From: an uncultured bacterium
Lineage (GTDB): Bacteria; Oederibacteriota; Oederibacteriia; Oederibacteriales; Oederibacteriaceae
DNA: 64,000 bases
Direction: 5' to 3'
Assembly (NCBI GenBank): GCA_965112635.1
Contig: OZ218778.1
Location: 96,001 to 160,000, forward strand
In this document: piece after piece, positions 54,907 through 64,000 of the stretch
How positions within the stretch are numbered: position 1 is the stretch's first letter
Layout: each line of letters opens with the position of its first letter
Program-made: the position numbers and the translations under genes
The notes under the pieces: model-generated
Databases searched by the model: none
Seen by the model: the letters and a program-made list of their open reading frames with translations, nothing else
Told to the model about the DNA's origin: nothing

Positions 54907-55941
54907 TTAGTCGATTATCAACATGCAGTCGCCGTAACTGTAAAAACGGTATCTATCTTTGACCGCCTGAGCGTAAAGCTCCAGCAATTTTTCCCTGCCG
55001 ATGAAGGCTGAGACCAGGAGCAGAAGACTGGAACCAGGCAGATGAAAATTGGTCAGCAGGTTTTTGACCACCTTGAACTTGTAACCCGGCATGATAAAAA
55101 GGTCGCACCAGCCCTCTTTTGGCTGGACCCGGCCCTGCTCTGTGGCGGCCCATTCCAATGCGCGGGTGGATGTCGTGCCCACGCACACCAATCGTTTACC
55201 CTGTTCCAGCGTCTGGTTGATGGTCTGGCTGGCCTGTTCGGTGATGCGGACATATTCCGGATGCATCTTGTGGGTATCCAAATCACGGACAGGCTTAAAA
55301 GTGCCCCAACCCACATGCAGGGTAAGCTCGGCGACGCACACCCCTTTTTGCCTAAGACTGTCCAAAATAGCCGGGGTAAAATGCAAGCCAGCCGTGGGGC
55401 TGGCAATGGAACCGTTTTCCCTGGCATAGACTGTCTGGTAACGCTCGCTGTCCATAGGCTCAGCCGGCCTGGTTATATAAGGAGGAAGAGGCACCTTGCC
55501 TTCTTTATCAATAAACGCCTGCCAATCCTCCACGGGACTGAACTGCACAATGCCTCCGGCCTGCTCCAAAAACTCTATTATTTCAGCAGTAACCTGGCCC
55601 TGGCTAAAGCTCAGTTTGGTGCCGGGTTTTGCCCTTTTTTTGGGATTGATCAGGGCTTCCCACTTACCTTGTCCCAAGTCACGGGTCAAAAGAAGCTCCA
55701 CCTTGCCGCCTGTGCCCAGCTTTTCTCCAAAGAGTCTGGCTGGAATGACCCGGCTCTGGTTGAGCACCAGGCAATCCCCCGGCTGGATGAATCCGGCAAA
55801 ATCCTTGAACGACCAATGCTGGACCTGTCCGCTCGTCTGGTCAAAGACCATCATCCGGCTCTGGTCCCGTTCCTTGGCCGGATACTGGGCTATCAACTCC
55901 TCCGGCAACTCATAATTAAAATCCTCGATTTTCATTTTCAC
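54907..55941 (-). CDS. queA: SAM:tRNA ribosyltransferase-isomerase
   Basis: FNYELPEELIAQ, PLPPYI, YQTVYA, PTAGLHF, TNFHLP, YRFYSYGD. Confidence 0.97.
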   Translation of the reverse strand: MKMKIEDFNYELPEELIAQYPAKERDQSRMMVFDQTSGQVQHWSFKDFAGFIQPGDCLVLNQSRVIPARLFGEKLGTGGKVELLLTRDLGQGKWEALINPKKRAKPGTKLSFSQGQVTAEIIEFLEQAGGIVQFSPVEDWQAFIDKEGKVPLPPYITRPAEPMDSERYQTVYARENGSIASPTAGLHFTPAILDSLRQKGVCVAELTLHVGWGTFKPVRDLDTHKMHPEYVRITEQASQTINQTLEQGKRLVCVGTTSTRALEWAATEQGRVQPKEGWCDLFIMPGYKFKVVKNLLTNFHLPGSSLLLLVSAFIGREKLLELYAQAVKDRYRFYSYGDCMLIID

Positions 55942-56024
55942 CCTTCTTAAAATTCTTGGTCCCGTATCAATAAGTTAGGCCAGTTTACCTCAAAAACCCA
56001 ATTAATTTAAGGTATGATAGGACC

Positions 56025-57503
56025 ATGGCCAAGGGAGAATATTTCACTTTTAAAAATTTAACGGACATACGCCAGAGGGTCAAAGACCTAAATCTATCGG
56101 ATGACCTTGGTTTTAGCGATGATATCAGCCCCGCCAAACCCGGACGAAAGATATCCTCACCCATAAACTGCGGCCCTTTTGTATTGAGCAACCGCTTTGC
56201 CATCCATCCCATGGAAGGCTGGGACGCTGACCCTGTGTCCGGCGCTCCCACCCTGGACACTTTGCGGCGCTGGGAGCGGATGGGGCAAAGCGGAGCCAGT
56301 CTGCTCTGGGGCGTGGAGGCCATGGCCGTGGATTTCGAGTACCGGGCCAACCCCAACCAACTTGTCATCAACGAAAGCACAGCTCTTGCCTTGGAACAAG
56401 GCCTTAAACTCATCCGGCAAGCGCATTCCCGTTGCTTTGGCACAGCCAGCAGGATCGTCATCGGTGCCCAAATCACCTGTTCAGGCAGGTACAGCCACGG
56501 CCGGCTCAAAGGCTCTCCCCTGCTACTGATGTACCACCACCCGGAACTGGACAAACGCGTCCACGCGGACAAGGACACGCTTCTGATGACCGACCAGAAA
56601 ATAGAGTCCATCGTGGGACAATACGCCGCAGCCAGCCGGGTCGCCAAAAAGATCGGTTTTGATTTTATTGACATCAAGGCCTGCCACCGCTACTGGCTCA
56701 ATGAAACTCTCGCAGCCAAGACCAGGCCCGGCCAGTATGGCGGCTCCTCTGATAATCGGACAAAAATATTCCTGATGATCGTGGACGCCATCAGACGGGA
56801 AGTCGGCCCGGATTTCACCCTGGGCTCCCGGCTCAATGCCTGCGACGGTATCCCATTTGAGGAAGACCCGGCCACCCAGCGCCCGGGCTTAAAAGGTTAT
56901 GGCCATCCAAGCCCTTTTACCACGCCTTATGTGTGGGGTTGGGGAGTCAATGAGAGCGACCCTCTCCAGCCGGACCTCTCGGAGCCCATCCAGCTCATCG
57001 CCAAACTCAAGGCCAAGGGACTAAAATTGTTCAACATTTCCTCAGGCAGTCCGTATTCCAACCCGCACTTTTCCCGTCCCACGGAAACTCCGCCTGTGGA
57101 CGGCTACCAGCCCCACCACGACCCTTTACATGAAGTGGCCCTGCACTTTTCCGTTGCGGCAAGCATCAAAAAGGCGCACCCCGACATCGTGGTCATCGGC
57201 ACAGCCTACTCCTACTTGCGCCAGTTCAAGGCCCATGCCGCGGAATATAATATCGAGAAGGGCCGGGTGGATATGGTGGGACTTGGCCGGGCCCTGCTTT
57301 CCTACCACGACGAGGCCAGGAAACTGCTGGAAACCGGGGAGGCCAAGATAGAAAAAGGAAGGATGGTCTGTACCGGAGACTCGGCTTGCACCACCGGCCC
57401 CCGTTTCGGCCTGAAATCCGGCTGTATCTTTGATCCCTACTATGTCCAGGTCAACCAGGCCATCAAATCCCGCCTGACCGAAATAGGCCTCACCAAAAAA
57501 TAG
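56025..57503 (+). CDS. NADH:flavin oxidoreductase (old yellow enzyme family)
   Basis: NRFAIHPMEGWD, GFDFIDIKACHRY, YGGS..NR, DMVGLGR. Confidence 0.85.
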   Translation: MAKGEYFTFKNLTDIRQRVKDLNLSDDLGFSDDISPAKPGRKISSPINCGPFVLSNRFAIHPMEGWDADPVSGAPTLDTLRRWERMGQSGASLLWGVEAMAVDFEYRANPNQLVINESTALALEQGLKLIRQAHSRCFGTASRIVIGAQITCSGRYSHGRLKGSPLLLMYHHPELDKRVHADKDTLLMTDQKIESIVGQYAAASRVAKKIGFDFIDIKACHRYWLNETLAAKTRPGQYGGSSDNRTKIFLMIVDAIRREVGPDFTLGSRLNACDGIPFEEDPATQRPGLKGYGHPSPFTTPYVWGWGVNESDPLQPDLSEPIQLIAKLKAKGLKLFNISSGSPYSNPHFSRPTETPPVDGYQPHHDPLHEVALHFSVAASIKKAHPDIVVIGTAYSYLRQFKAHAAEYNIEKGRVDMVGLGRALLSYHDEARKLLETGEAKIEKGRMVCTGDSACTTGPRFGLKSGCIFDPYYVQVNQAIKSRLTEIGLTKK

Positions 57504-57504
57504 C

Positions 57505-58500
57505 TCAGTAGTTGAAGCTTACCTTGAGCTTGAGAGGGTTGTTGGTGGGGTCCACCAAAAAGCCCACGGCGCCCGCGATCTCGTTCCACCAAAAATGGGC
57601 GGCCACGCATTTGGACAGCTTGTAACCCTGGTCCTGGAACAGCCAGCCGCTGTAAAACCCGAACATCGTGGCAAAGGCCACGTCTCCCCAGGCCTGGGCC
57701 TCGGTCTCGCCGTTGAAATAAATATTGAAATAATGCATCCCCCCAAAGGTCACGCTGGCAATGGCCAGCCCGGCCAGCGGTCCGTAGTCTTCCTCCATCT
57801 CGGTCTGGAAATATCCCCGGAAAAAAGACTCCTCCGAAGCCGCCACCGTGGTATTGAGCAGGGTCCAGGAGGTCTCATAGACGGCGGTTCCGTCGCCCTG
57901 GCCAAAATCATGGCCGAACATGGTCACGGTGCTGAGGGAGTTACAGTGCTGGGTGACCGGCGAGATGGAATAAACGGCCCACAGATAGGCTCCGCTCAGC
58001 AGGGCCACGCCCCACACATAGGGCGAAGTGAGATTTTCCCATTTATAGGGGGCCAGCAGCAGTTGCGGGACAGGCGTAGGGTCGATGGGGTGGCGGTAAT
58101 CAAGGTCGGGCCGCCTGAGCCTGGCCTCCCGGTAGGCGTCATAGCTCTGCAGGGTATAGACCTCGCCGAATAGAAAAAAGAAATAGTTGTATTCCGGGCT
58201 GTTGCTTTCCCATATTTTGTACTGGTTCCACAGGGACAGGCCCCCCAGCCCGATACTGCCGAGGAGGATGGGATAGGCCGCCCCGTAATCTCCCAGGTAA
58301 AAATGCCCTCCTGCCGGTATGGTGGCCCAGGCCATGGCGTCATGCGGGTCGATTTTGGCGGTCTGGGTGACATTTTCACCCGTGCCCGGGATGGCTGCCC
58401 CTAGACTGGCCGCAAAGAATAGGACGCACAACACGGCGCTGAGGCAGCACAAAAGGGTTCGGGGAGCGCGGCAAAGCCGGCAAGCAGGGGTCATCAGCAC
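57505..58500 (-). CDS. CPBP (Abi/CAAX) intramembrane metalloprotease with N-terminal extension
   Basis: EESFFRG, FGGMH, AAHFWWN. Confidence 0.8.
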   Translation of the reverse strand: MLMTPACRLCRAPRTLLCCLSAVLCVLFFAASLGAAIPGTGENVTQTAKIDPHDAMAWATIPAGGHFYLGDYGAAYPILLGSIGLGGLSLWNQYKIWESNSPEYNYFFFLFGEVYTLQSYDAYREARLRRPDLDYRHPIDPTPVPQLLLAPYKWENLTSPYVWGVALLSGAYLWAVYSISPVTQHCNSLSTVTMFGHDFGQGDGTAVYETSWTLLNTTVAASEESFFRGYFQTEMEEDYGPLAGLAIASVTFGGMHYFNIYFNGETEAQAWGDVAFATMFGFYSGWLFQDQGYKLSKCVAAHFWWNEIAGAVGFLVDPTNNPLKLKVSFNY

Positions 58501-58505
58501 TCCTT

Positions 58506-59261
58506 TTAGAGCGTGAACTTTTCTCCCAGGTATATTTCTTTGGCTTTCTTGTTGGTGACCAGCTGGCGGGAAGTGCCGGACAGGAGGATATCGCCGGCGT
58601 ACATGATATAGGAGCGGTCCGTGATGGCCAGGGTCTCCCGGACATTGTGATCCGTGATGAGGACGCCCAGTCCTTTTCTCTTGAGCTGGCTTACGATGCC
58701 CTGGATGTCCAGCACCGCGAGGGGGTCGATGCCCACGAACGGCTCGTCGAGCAGGATGAACCGGGGCGACATGGCCAGGGTCCGGGATATCTCCACCCTG
58801 CGCCGTTCCCCCCCGGACAGGGTGTAGGCTTTTTGCTTGGACAGGTGCAGGATGCCCAGCTCTTTCAAAAGCGCCTTGGCCCGGGACTCCCGCTCGGCGG
58901 GGCTGCCATCCATCATCTCCAGGACCGCCATGACGTTGTCGTAAACGGACAGCTTCCTGAATACGGACGGCTCTTGCGCCAGGTAGCCGATGCCCTGCCG
59001 GGCTCTAAGATACATGGGCAGTTCGGTGATGTTCTGTTCGTCCAGGTAGATGGAACCGCTGTCCGGCCTGATCAGGCCCACCACCATATAAAAGGTCGTG
59101 GTCTTGCCCGCGCCGTTGGGGCCCAAAAGCCCCACCACCTCGCCCTGGTGCACCTCCACGCTCACGCCTTTGACCACCTGGCGGTGCTTGTAGGTCTTGT
59201 TAAGCCCCTGGGTGCGCAACACGCCTTGAGGAACGGTCCGGGTCTTATGGGTCTTTTTCAA
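58506..59261 (-). CDS. lptB: LPS export ABC ATPase
   Basis: GPNGAGKTT, YLAQEPSVFR, LSGGERRR, LLDEPF, ITDHNVRETL. Confidence 0.96.
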   Translation of the reverse strand: MKKTHKTRTVPQGVLRTQGLNKTYKHRQVVKGVSVEVHQGEVVGLLGPNGAGKTTTFYMVVGLIRPDSGSIYLDEQNITELPMYLRARQGIGYLAQEPSVFRKLSVYDNVMAVLEMMDGSPAERESRAKALLKELGILHLSKQKAYTLSGGERRRVEISRTLAMSPRFILLDEPFVGIDPLAVLDIQGIVSQLKRKGLGVLITDHNVRETLAITDRSYIMYAGDILLSGTSRQLVTNKKAKEIYLGEKFTL

Positions 59262-59284
59262 AAGGGTCCTTTCCCTGCTGTTCT

Positions 59285-60001
59285 TTAGAAATTGCTGTTG
59301 GCGAAATCCGCCGAATAAAAGGTCGCTTTCACCCTGCCCTGCAGGACGATGCGGTCGTCCTTGAGGTAGGCGGTGATGGTCTCTCCCTGGAATATATTGC
59401 GTCCCTTGATGACCTCCGGAGAACCGGTCAACTGCATGGTCTGTTCGGTGTCCGAATAAAAAGCCTGCTCTGAATTGGTCTTAATGTCCTGCCGGATGAT
59501 CCAGACATTTCCTTTGGCCAGGGCCTTCTTTTCCCGGTCCTGGAGCTCTATACTATCACCCCGGATGCACAATTCGCCCGCTTTTTTGTCCTGCCTGGTG
59601 AACTCCGGATGGCCTGTGGCCACCACGACCTTCATGTTGTTCCTGTATTCCAGTTCGTCGCTGATGAGCTGCATGGCTTGGCTGTCGTCCGTCAGGCACA
59701 CGTGGCCCTGGGCCGTGGCGCTGTCCTTGGCCGAAGTGCCGACCAGCCTGTCCGAGACCATCCGGGAACTCCCCTGCCTGACCACGACATGCCCGGTCCA
59801 GGTGTTGGTCTTGTCCGTGCCGTTGTAGGACACCTTGTCGGCGCTGATATAGACAGGCTCCTTGGATTTAGCCCTCTCCTGGAGCAGTTCCTGGGCTTTG
59901 GGCACCGGCGTCGGGACAGCCTGGCCCCATCCTGCCAGGGGCAGCAGGCACAGCCCCGACAAAAGCACGGCCCATCGCGTCAAAACTCCCTTTGTTTTCA
60001 T
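59285..60001 (-). CDS. lptA: LptA/OstA-like periplasmic protein
   Basis: PVYISAD, TGHVVVRQG, LTGSP, GRVKATF; ATGA overlap with lptC. Confidence 0.8.
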   Translation of the reverse strand: MKTKGVLTRWAVLLSGLCLLPLAGWGQAVPTPVPKAQELLQERAKSKEPVYISADKVSYNGTDKTNTWTGHVVVRQGSSRMVSDRLVGTSAKDSATAQGHVCLTDDSQAMQLISDELEYRNNMKVVVATGHPEFTRQDKKAGELCIRGDSIELQDREKKALAKGNVWIIRQDIKTNSEQAFYSDTEQTMQLTGSPEVIKGRNIFQGETITAYLKDDRIVLQGRVKATFYSADFANSNF

Positions 60002-60588
60002 TGCTTGATCCTCTGTACTTGCGTGATGTCCTTGATCCTGCCCCGCGGGTCCATGATCTGCAGGTGGTCCAGGTTGGCGCTGGCCACCAGGCCGAAGCCC
60101 GTGAGGACATTGCCGTCCCCGTAAGTGACCTTGACAAAATCGTCGGTGGTTATTTTTTTGTTCCGGGGGTCCCACTGGAGCGTCTGGGTCTCCAGCTTGG
60201 TCTTCTGCTGGCCCATCAGCACCACGTGCCCTTCCACCTCGGCTTCATTGGTCTGGGTCTGCACGGTCCCCTTGTCCGCGGTCAGGTAGGAGACCAGGCG
60301 TCCGGCGTTGTAGCCGTAGATCCTCACCCTTTCCGCGTAGGCCTTGTTCTTGGTTTCGTAGACCATGGCGTTGTCCGCCTGGAATTCCCAGGTGGTCCTG
60401 CCTTTGACCGTTTCCACGAGCCTGAACCCTTCCAAATAAGCGCTGGGATAATTTTTGCCGATGACCGTATTCGAAGCCGGCCCGCTGTTCCCGCGGGAAC
60501 AGCCCAGGCATAGCACCGGCAGCAGGAACAGCCACCCGAGCGCCTTAACGGTTCTTATCTTCAACTGGCTTGGTTTTCCAACGGTCAT
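59998..60588 (-). CDS. lptC: LPS export protein LptC
   Basis: WEFQAD.A, LTADKG, LETQTLQWD..KITTD.FV; position in the lpt operon. Start uncertain. Confidence 0.8.
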   Translation of the reverse strand: MTVGKPSQLKIRTVKALGWLFLLPVLCLGCSRGNSGPASNTVIGKNYPSAYLEGFRLVETVKGRTTWEFQADNAMVYETKNKAYAERVRIYGYNAGRLVSYLTADKGTVQTQTNEAEVEGHVVLMGQQKTKLETQTLQWDPRNKKITTDDFVKVTYGDGNVLTGFGLVASANLDHLQIMDPRGRIKDITQVQRIKQ

Positions 60589-61417
60589 GGACCCACACCC
60601 ACTGTTCAGGATTGTTGCGGATATGCTTTTCCAAAAATGACGTGTATTGCTGGACCACGGACTGGATATTATCGGGGCCGACGGATATCTCCGGCTCTCC
60701 AATGATTTTATACCGGCCGTCCGCTTCCCGTCTAATGATAAATGGCACCAGGGCTGCACCGGTGTGCTGGGCCAGGATGGCCGGGCCTGCCGGTGTGGAA
60801 GCCGGTCTCCCGAAAAAATCCGCGAATACGCTTTCCACGCCCGTGTCCTGGTCGCACAAAACCCCTACGACCTTGCCCTCTTTGAGGGCTTTTAAGATGG
60901 GTTTGGGGCTGGCCTGCCGGGAAAAGGTCGTATATCCTTGGGCTTCCCGATAGCTATTGAGCAGGTTATTCAAGCGTTCATCATAAACCGCCCTGCCTAT
61001 CACAGCCACAGGCAAGCGGTGAGCTACTGCGGCAGCCATCAGTTCCCAGTTGCCCAAGTGGCCGGTCACACCCAGCACCCCTTTGCCCTTTTTAAAGGCA
61101 TTTTCCAGGTGTTCAAATCCCTCAAAGGTGACCATACTGTCCAGCTTTTGAGCAGACCACCGGCGGAATTTAACCAGCTCTGCCACGCATATCCCGAAAT
61201 GCCTGTACATCCCCCGGCATATCCTCTTAATTTCCGCAGGGCTTTTTTCCGAGAAAGCGGCTTGCAGGTTTTTCAGCGCCCGGTTCCTTCCATGGCTGTC
61301 GAAATAATAGGCCACCCCCCCCATCCCCGCCAATATCAGCCTGCTCAATCCTAAGGGCATGAGGCTAAAGAATAAAATCCACGGCCTGATGCACCAATAG
61401 ATAATAAAATTTTTCAT
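60545..61417 (-). CDS. Lipid A late acyltransferase (LpxL/HtrB family)
   Basis: HLGNWEL, LCDQ, FFG.PA, PEQWVWVHDRWK. Confidence 0.9.
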   Translation of the reverse strand: MKNFIIYWCIRPWILFFSLMPLGLSRLILAGMGGVAYYFDSHGRNRALKNLQAAFSEKSPAEIKRICRGMYRHFGICVAELVKFRRWSAQKLDSMVTFEGFEHLENAFKKGKGVLGVTGHLGNWELMAAAVAHRLPVAVIGRAVYDERLNNLLNSYREAQGYTTFSRQASPKPILKALKEGKVVGVLCDQDTGVESVFADFFGRPASTPAGPAILAQHTGAALVPFIIRREADGRYKIIGEPEISVGPDNIQSVVQQYTSFLEKHIRNNPEQWVWVHDRWKTKPVEDKNR

Positions 61418-61520
61418 TCTCAGCCTTTCTAAATCTATTGCACAGCTATCGTGTATAAAAACTGTTCCTTATGATTTTACCAGTTTGCCTGGTTTTTCTC
61501 CTGATAAAACACCGCAGGTC

Positions 61521-62351
61521 CTAGGGCCTGTTTTGCCTGCTCCTCTGGCCGTTCCGGAAAGCCCCCGGAGACTGCCGGATGGCCTTGCTGAAGGCTGTGG
61601 AAAAATACCTTTCGTTCTTGAAACAGCACTGGGTGGCAATGGCCTTTAAAGGCATGGTGGAGTGGGTCAAGAGGCTCTTGGCCCGCTCTATCCTTTGGCC
61701 AATCAAAAAACGGACCAGACTGGTCCCGTAGGTCTCTTTGAAAACATGCCTGAGATGGTCATAACCCACCCCGATTGCCTCGGCCACCTGCTCCATCTTT
61801 TGCAGGTCAAAAAGGTGCTCCTGGATATATTGCCTGGCCTTGTCCGCCTGGGCCACGGTCTCTTTGAGGGTATTGCGGGGCAGACTGCTCCTGGCTGACT
61901 CGAACAGCGACAGCACCAAAGCGGTGACCCTCAGGTTCAAGACCCTTTGACCGGACCAGTCCAGGGACACGGGCGGATAAGCCAGCTGTAGCAGTTCCTG
62001 CTGCTGGTAAGGACTGAGGCTAGCGGTCAGGCAGGCCGTTTCCTCCAATTCGCCGGGCCAGGGCCGGCTGGCCGAGAAAAGCAGGCAGATGTCCTCGGCT
62101 CCCGGTTCGGAGACCTGGTCGTGGAACACCTTGGGGGGATATACAAAAATGCTTTCCTCTTTGAAGCTCACGGTCTTTTTGGCCTTGCCGGTTTTGACGA
62201 TGCTCTGGCCTCCGCCCTTCACGTGGTAAACCAGCTCAAAATCGCCATGCTCGTGAAAACCGCATCTGGCCACGCAGTCAAAACGGCAGCCCATGATGAA
62301 TTCCAGGGTGACTTTGGAAAAAAAAGACTCCCGGCTGAACGGTTGTTCCAA
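61521..62351 (-). CDS. AraC family transcriptional regulator
   Basis: Cupin FHEHGDFELVY; C-terminal HLRHVFK..RIERAKSLL..FKNERYFS..SPGAFR. Confidence 0.92.
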   Translation of the reverse strand: MEQPFSRESFFSKVTLEFIMGCRFDCVARCGFHEHGDFELVYHVKGGGQSIVKTGKAKKTVSFKEESIFVYPPKVFHDQVSEPGAEDICLLFSASRPWPGELEETACLTASLSPYQQQELLQLAYPPVSLDWSGQRVLNLRVTALVLSLFESARSSLPRNTLKETVAQADKARQYIQEHLFDLQKMEQVAEAIGVGYDHLRHVFKETYGTSLVRFLIGQRIERAKSLLTHSTMPLKAIATQCCFKNERYFSTAFSKAIRQSPGAFRNGQRSRQNRP

Positions 62352-62408
62352 GAAAACCCCCTTTTTCTTCGATTATACCTAGCTGGCATGCCCTTGGCAA
62401 CCAAATAG

Positions 62409-62462
62409 TGGAATATTTAACCATTCTTTGGAATAGATATAAAGGGTTTTATAGCCTATAGT
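62409..62462 (+). promoter_or_regulatory. Candidate AraC-type operator/promoter
   Basis: Direct repeat TGGAATA at 62409 and 62429 next to the -35 position of a TATAGT -10 (62457-62462). Confidence 0.4.
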
Positions 62463-62504
62463 TCCAAATATCGAAATGAATTCTAATTCCAAAAGGAGGA
62501 AGAT

Positions 62505-63497
62505 ATGGCTTCAAGATTGGTTTTTACAGGCAAGCAGCAAGTTAAATACGAGTCCTTTGAACCGCCCAAAGTGGACAAAGGCATGATCAAGGTCCGCGCG
62601 CTTTACTCGCTCATCAGCACGGGCACCGAGACCATCGTTTACAACCGCCTGTTCGACGCGGGCAGTCACTGGGACAACTGGGTCAAGTATCCTTTTTATC
62701 CGGGATACTCCATGGTGGGCGAGGTCGTGGAGACGGGACCGGAATGCAAGGCCAAAGTCGGCGACAGGCTGGCCATGAGGACCGGCCACGCCTCCGTCCA
62801 GGTGATCCCCGAGGCCTACACTTTGCCTGTTCCCAGGGAAATGGACCCCAAGTCCGCCTCCTGGTTCGCCCTGGCCAAGATCACTTTCACCGGAGCCCGG
62901 GCCGCGCAATACAGCCTCGGCGACAGCGTCCTCATCATCGGTGCCGGACCCATCGGTCAGATGTCCACGCGCTGGGCCAGAGCCGCCGGCGTGGAGACCA
63001 TCATCGTCTGCGACATGCTGGAATCCCGTCTCAAGTTGGCCAAGGCCGGAGGCGCCACGCATATCCTCCCCAAACCCATCAACCAGTGCGCGGCCGACAT
63101 CAAGTCCATCACCAAGGACCAGATGACCCGGGTGGTTCTTGACGGCACGGGCAACGCCGAGGTGTTCAGCCAGGCCCTCCAGCTGGCCAGGCACCGCGGC
63201 CGGGTGGTCGTACTGGGCGACACCGGCGCGCCGACCTTGCAGCATCTCACCCCTGACCTCATCCTGCGGGGACTGACCGTCATCGGCGCCCACGACGGCC
63301 ACACGGATGCCGAGTGGAGCGAACAGCGCATGGTCACCCTGTTCTTCAACCTGTGCCTGACCAACCGGTTCGACATGAACAACATGATCACCCACACGTT
63401 CCAGCCCCAGGACTGCGTCAAAGCTTTTGAGACAGCGAGCAACCGTAAAGCCGAAGCCATGGGCCTGCTCTTTGACTGGACAGGCATCAAAGACTAA
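62505..63497 (+). CDS. Medium-chain dehydrogenase/reductase
   Basis: SLISTGTE, PGYSMVGEV, Rossmann GAGPIG; lacks the GHE/Cys zinc ligands. Confidence 0.88.
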   Translation: MASRLVFTGKQQVKYESFEPPKVDKGMIKVRALYSLISTGTETIVYNRLFDAGSHWDNWVKYPFYPGYSMVGEVVETGPECKAKVGDRLAMRTGHASVQVIPEAYTLPVPREMDPKSASWFALAKITFTGARAAQYSLGDSVLIIGAGPIGQMSTRWARAAGVETIIVCDMLESRLKLAKAGGATHILPKPINQCAADIKSITKDQMTRVVLDGTGNAEVFSQALQLARHRGRVVVLGDTGAPTLQHLTPDLILRGLTVIGAHDGHTDAEWSEQRMVTLFFNLCLTNRFDMNNMITHTFQPQDCVKAFETASNRKAEAMGLLFDWTGIKD

Positions 63498-63513
63498 TAT
63501 GGAGGAACAACAC

Positions 63514-64000
63514 ATGAACAACATCAAACTCAGCGCGCCGGACTGGTGCTTTTACCGGGATAGTTTCGGGCCGGCGGAATATTACAACAACCTCAGGAAG
63601 CTCGGTTACACCGGCGTGGAAATGGTGGACTCCAAGCGCTGGCCTGCGGCCAAAACAGCCGGCCTGGAGATCGTCAACATCTCCCTGGCCAGTTTGGAAA
63701 AAGGTTTTAACCGGACCGAGAACCATGCCGGGCTAATCGAAGAGATCCGCAAGAATATCGAGCTGGCCAAGGCGAACAATATTCCCCAGATCATTGTTTT
63801 CAGCGGCAACCGCCAGGGCCAGCCGGACGAGGCAGGCTTTAAAAACTGCGTTTTGGGCCTGAAAAGGGCGGTTTCTGACGCCCAAAAAGCGGGCATCACC
63901 CTTGTTTTTGAAATGCTCAATTCCTATGACCACAAAGACTATCAGGGAGACCGCAGCGCCTACGGCTTCAGGCTGGTCAAAGAGGTCGGCTCGCCGGCCC
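63514..64000 (+). CDS. Hydroxypyruvate isomerase-like TIM-barrel protein (partial)
   Basis: Manual translation: LGYTGVEM..GFNRTENH..IIVFSGNR..FEMLNSYDHKDYQGD; GGAGG RBS; runs off the window. Confidence 0.85.
   Translation, partial: MNNIKLSAPDWCFYRDSFGPAEYYNNLRKLGYTGVEMVDSKRWPAAKTAGLEIVNISLASLEKGFNRTENHAGLIEEIRKNIELAKANNIPQIIVFSGNRQGQPDEAGFKNCVLGLKRAVSDAQKAGITLVFEMLNSYDHKDYQGDRSAYGFRLVKEVGSPA

Noticed and set aside
27987-63527. Long antisense ORFs (27987-29057, 43022-43813, 50033-51058, 52977-53933, 55042-55950, 62511-63527)
   Set aside because: They lie opposite well-supported genes with GC-rich third positions and have no recognisable motifs.

Overview
Mostly core chromosome of a diderm, LPS-producing bacterium (lptF/G, lptA/B/C, lipid A acyltransferase). 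It does not look like Bacteroidota; an uncultured lineage such as Elusimicrobiota/Firestonebacteria/Goldbacteria/FCPU426 is my guess and cannot be proven from this window. Contents: guaB3-guaA-gltX-tRNA-Gln, comM, rnr-smpB, tRNA-Leu, a 1846-aa SprA-like outer-membrane protein, a doubly riboswitched cobalamin uptake cluster, a divergent membrane pyrophosphatase, thiL/tsaE, recJ, queA-tgt-yajC-secDF and an AraC-linked catabolic locus. The left ~6.6 kb, beyond the tRNA-Gln 3' end, looks AT-richer and encodes two secreted beta-propeller proteins; the larger (>1500 aa) is missing from the ORF track because it runs off the window. Two observations stand out. (1) Both tRNA genes carry the same unexplained downstream architecture: an exact inverted copy of their own T-arm, a 69-77 nt multi-hairpin element, a direct copy of the tRNA 3' end and a repeated flank. 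Related hairpin clusters sit at 6.6-6.8 kb and 41.8-42.1 kb. (2) A SprA homologue and a cargo with a T9SS-type C-terminal sorting domain co-occur, suggesting a type IX-like secretion system outside Bacteroidota. No integrase, transposase, CRISPR array or rRNA was seen.
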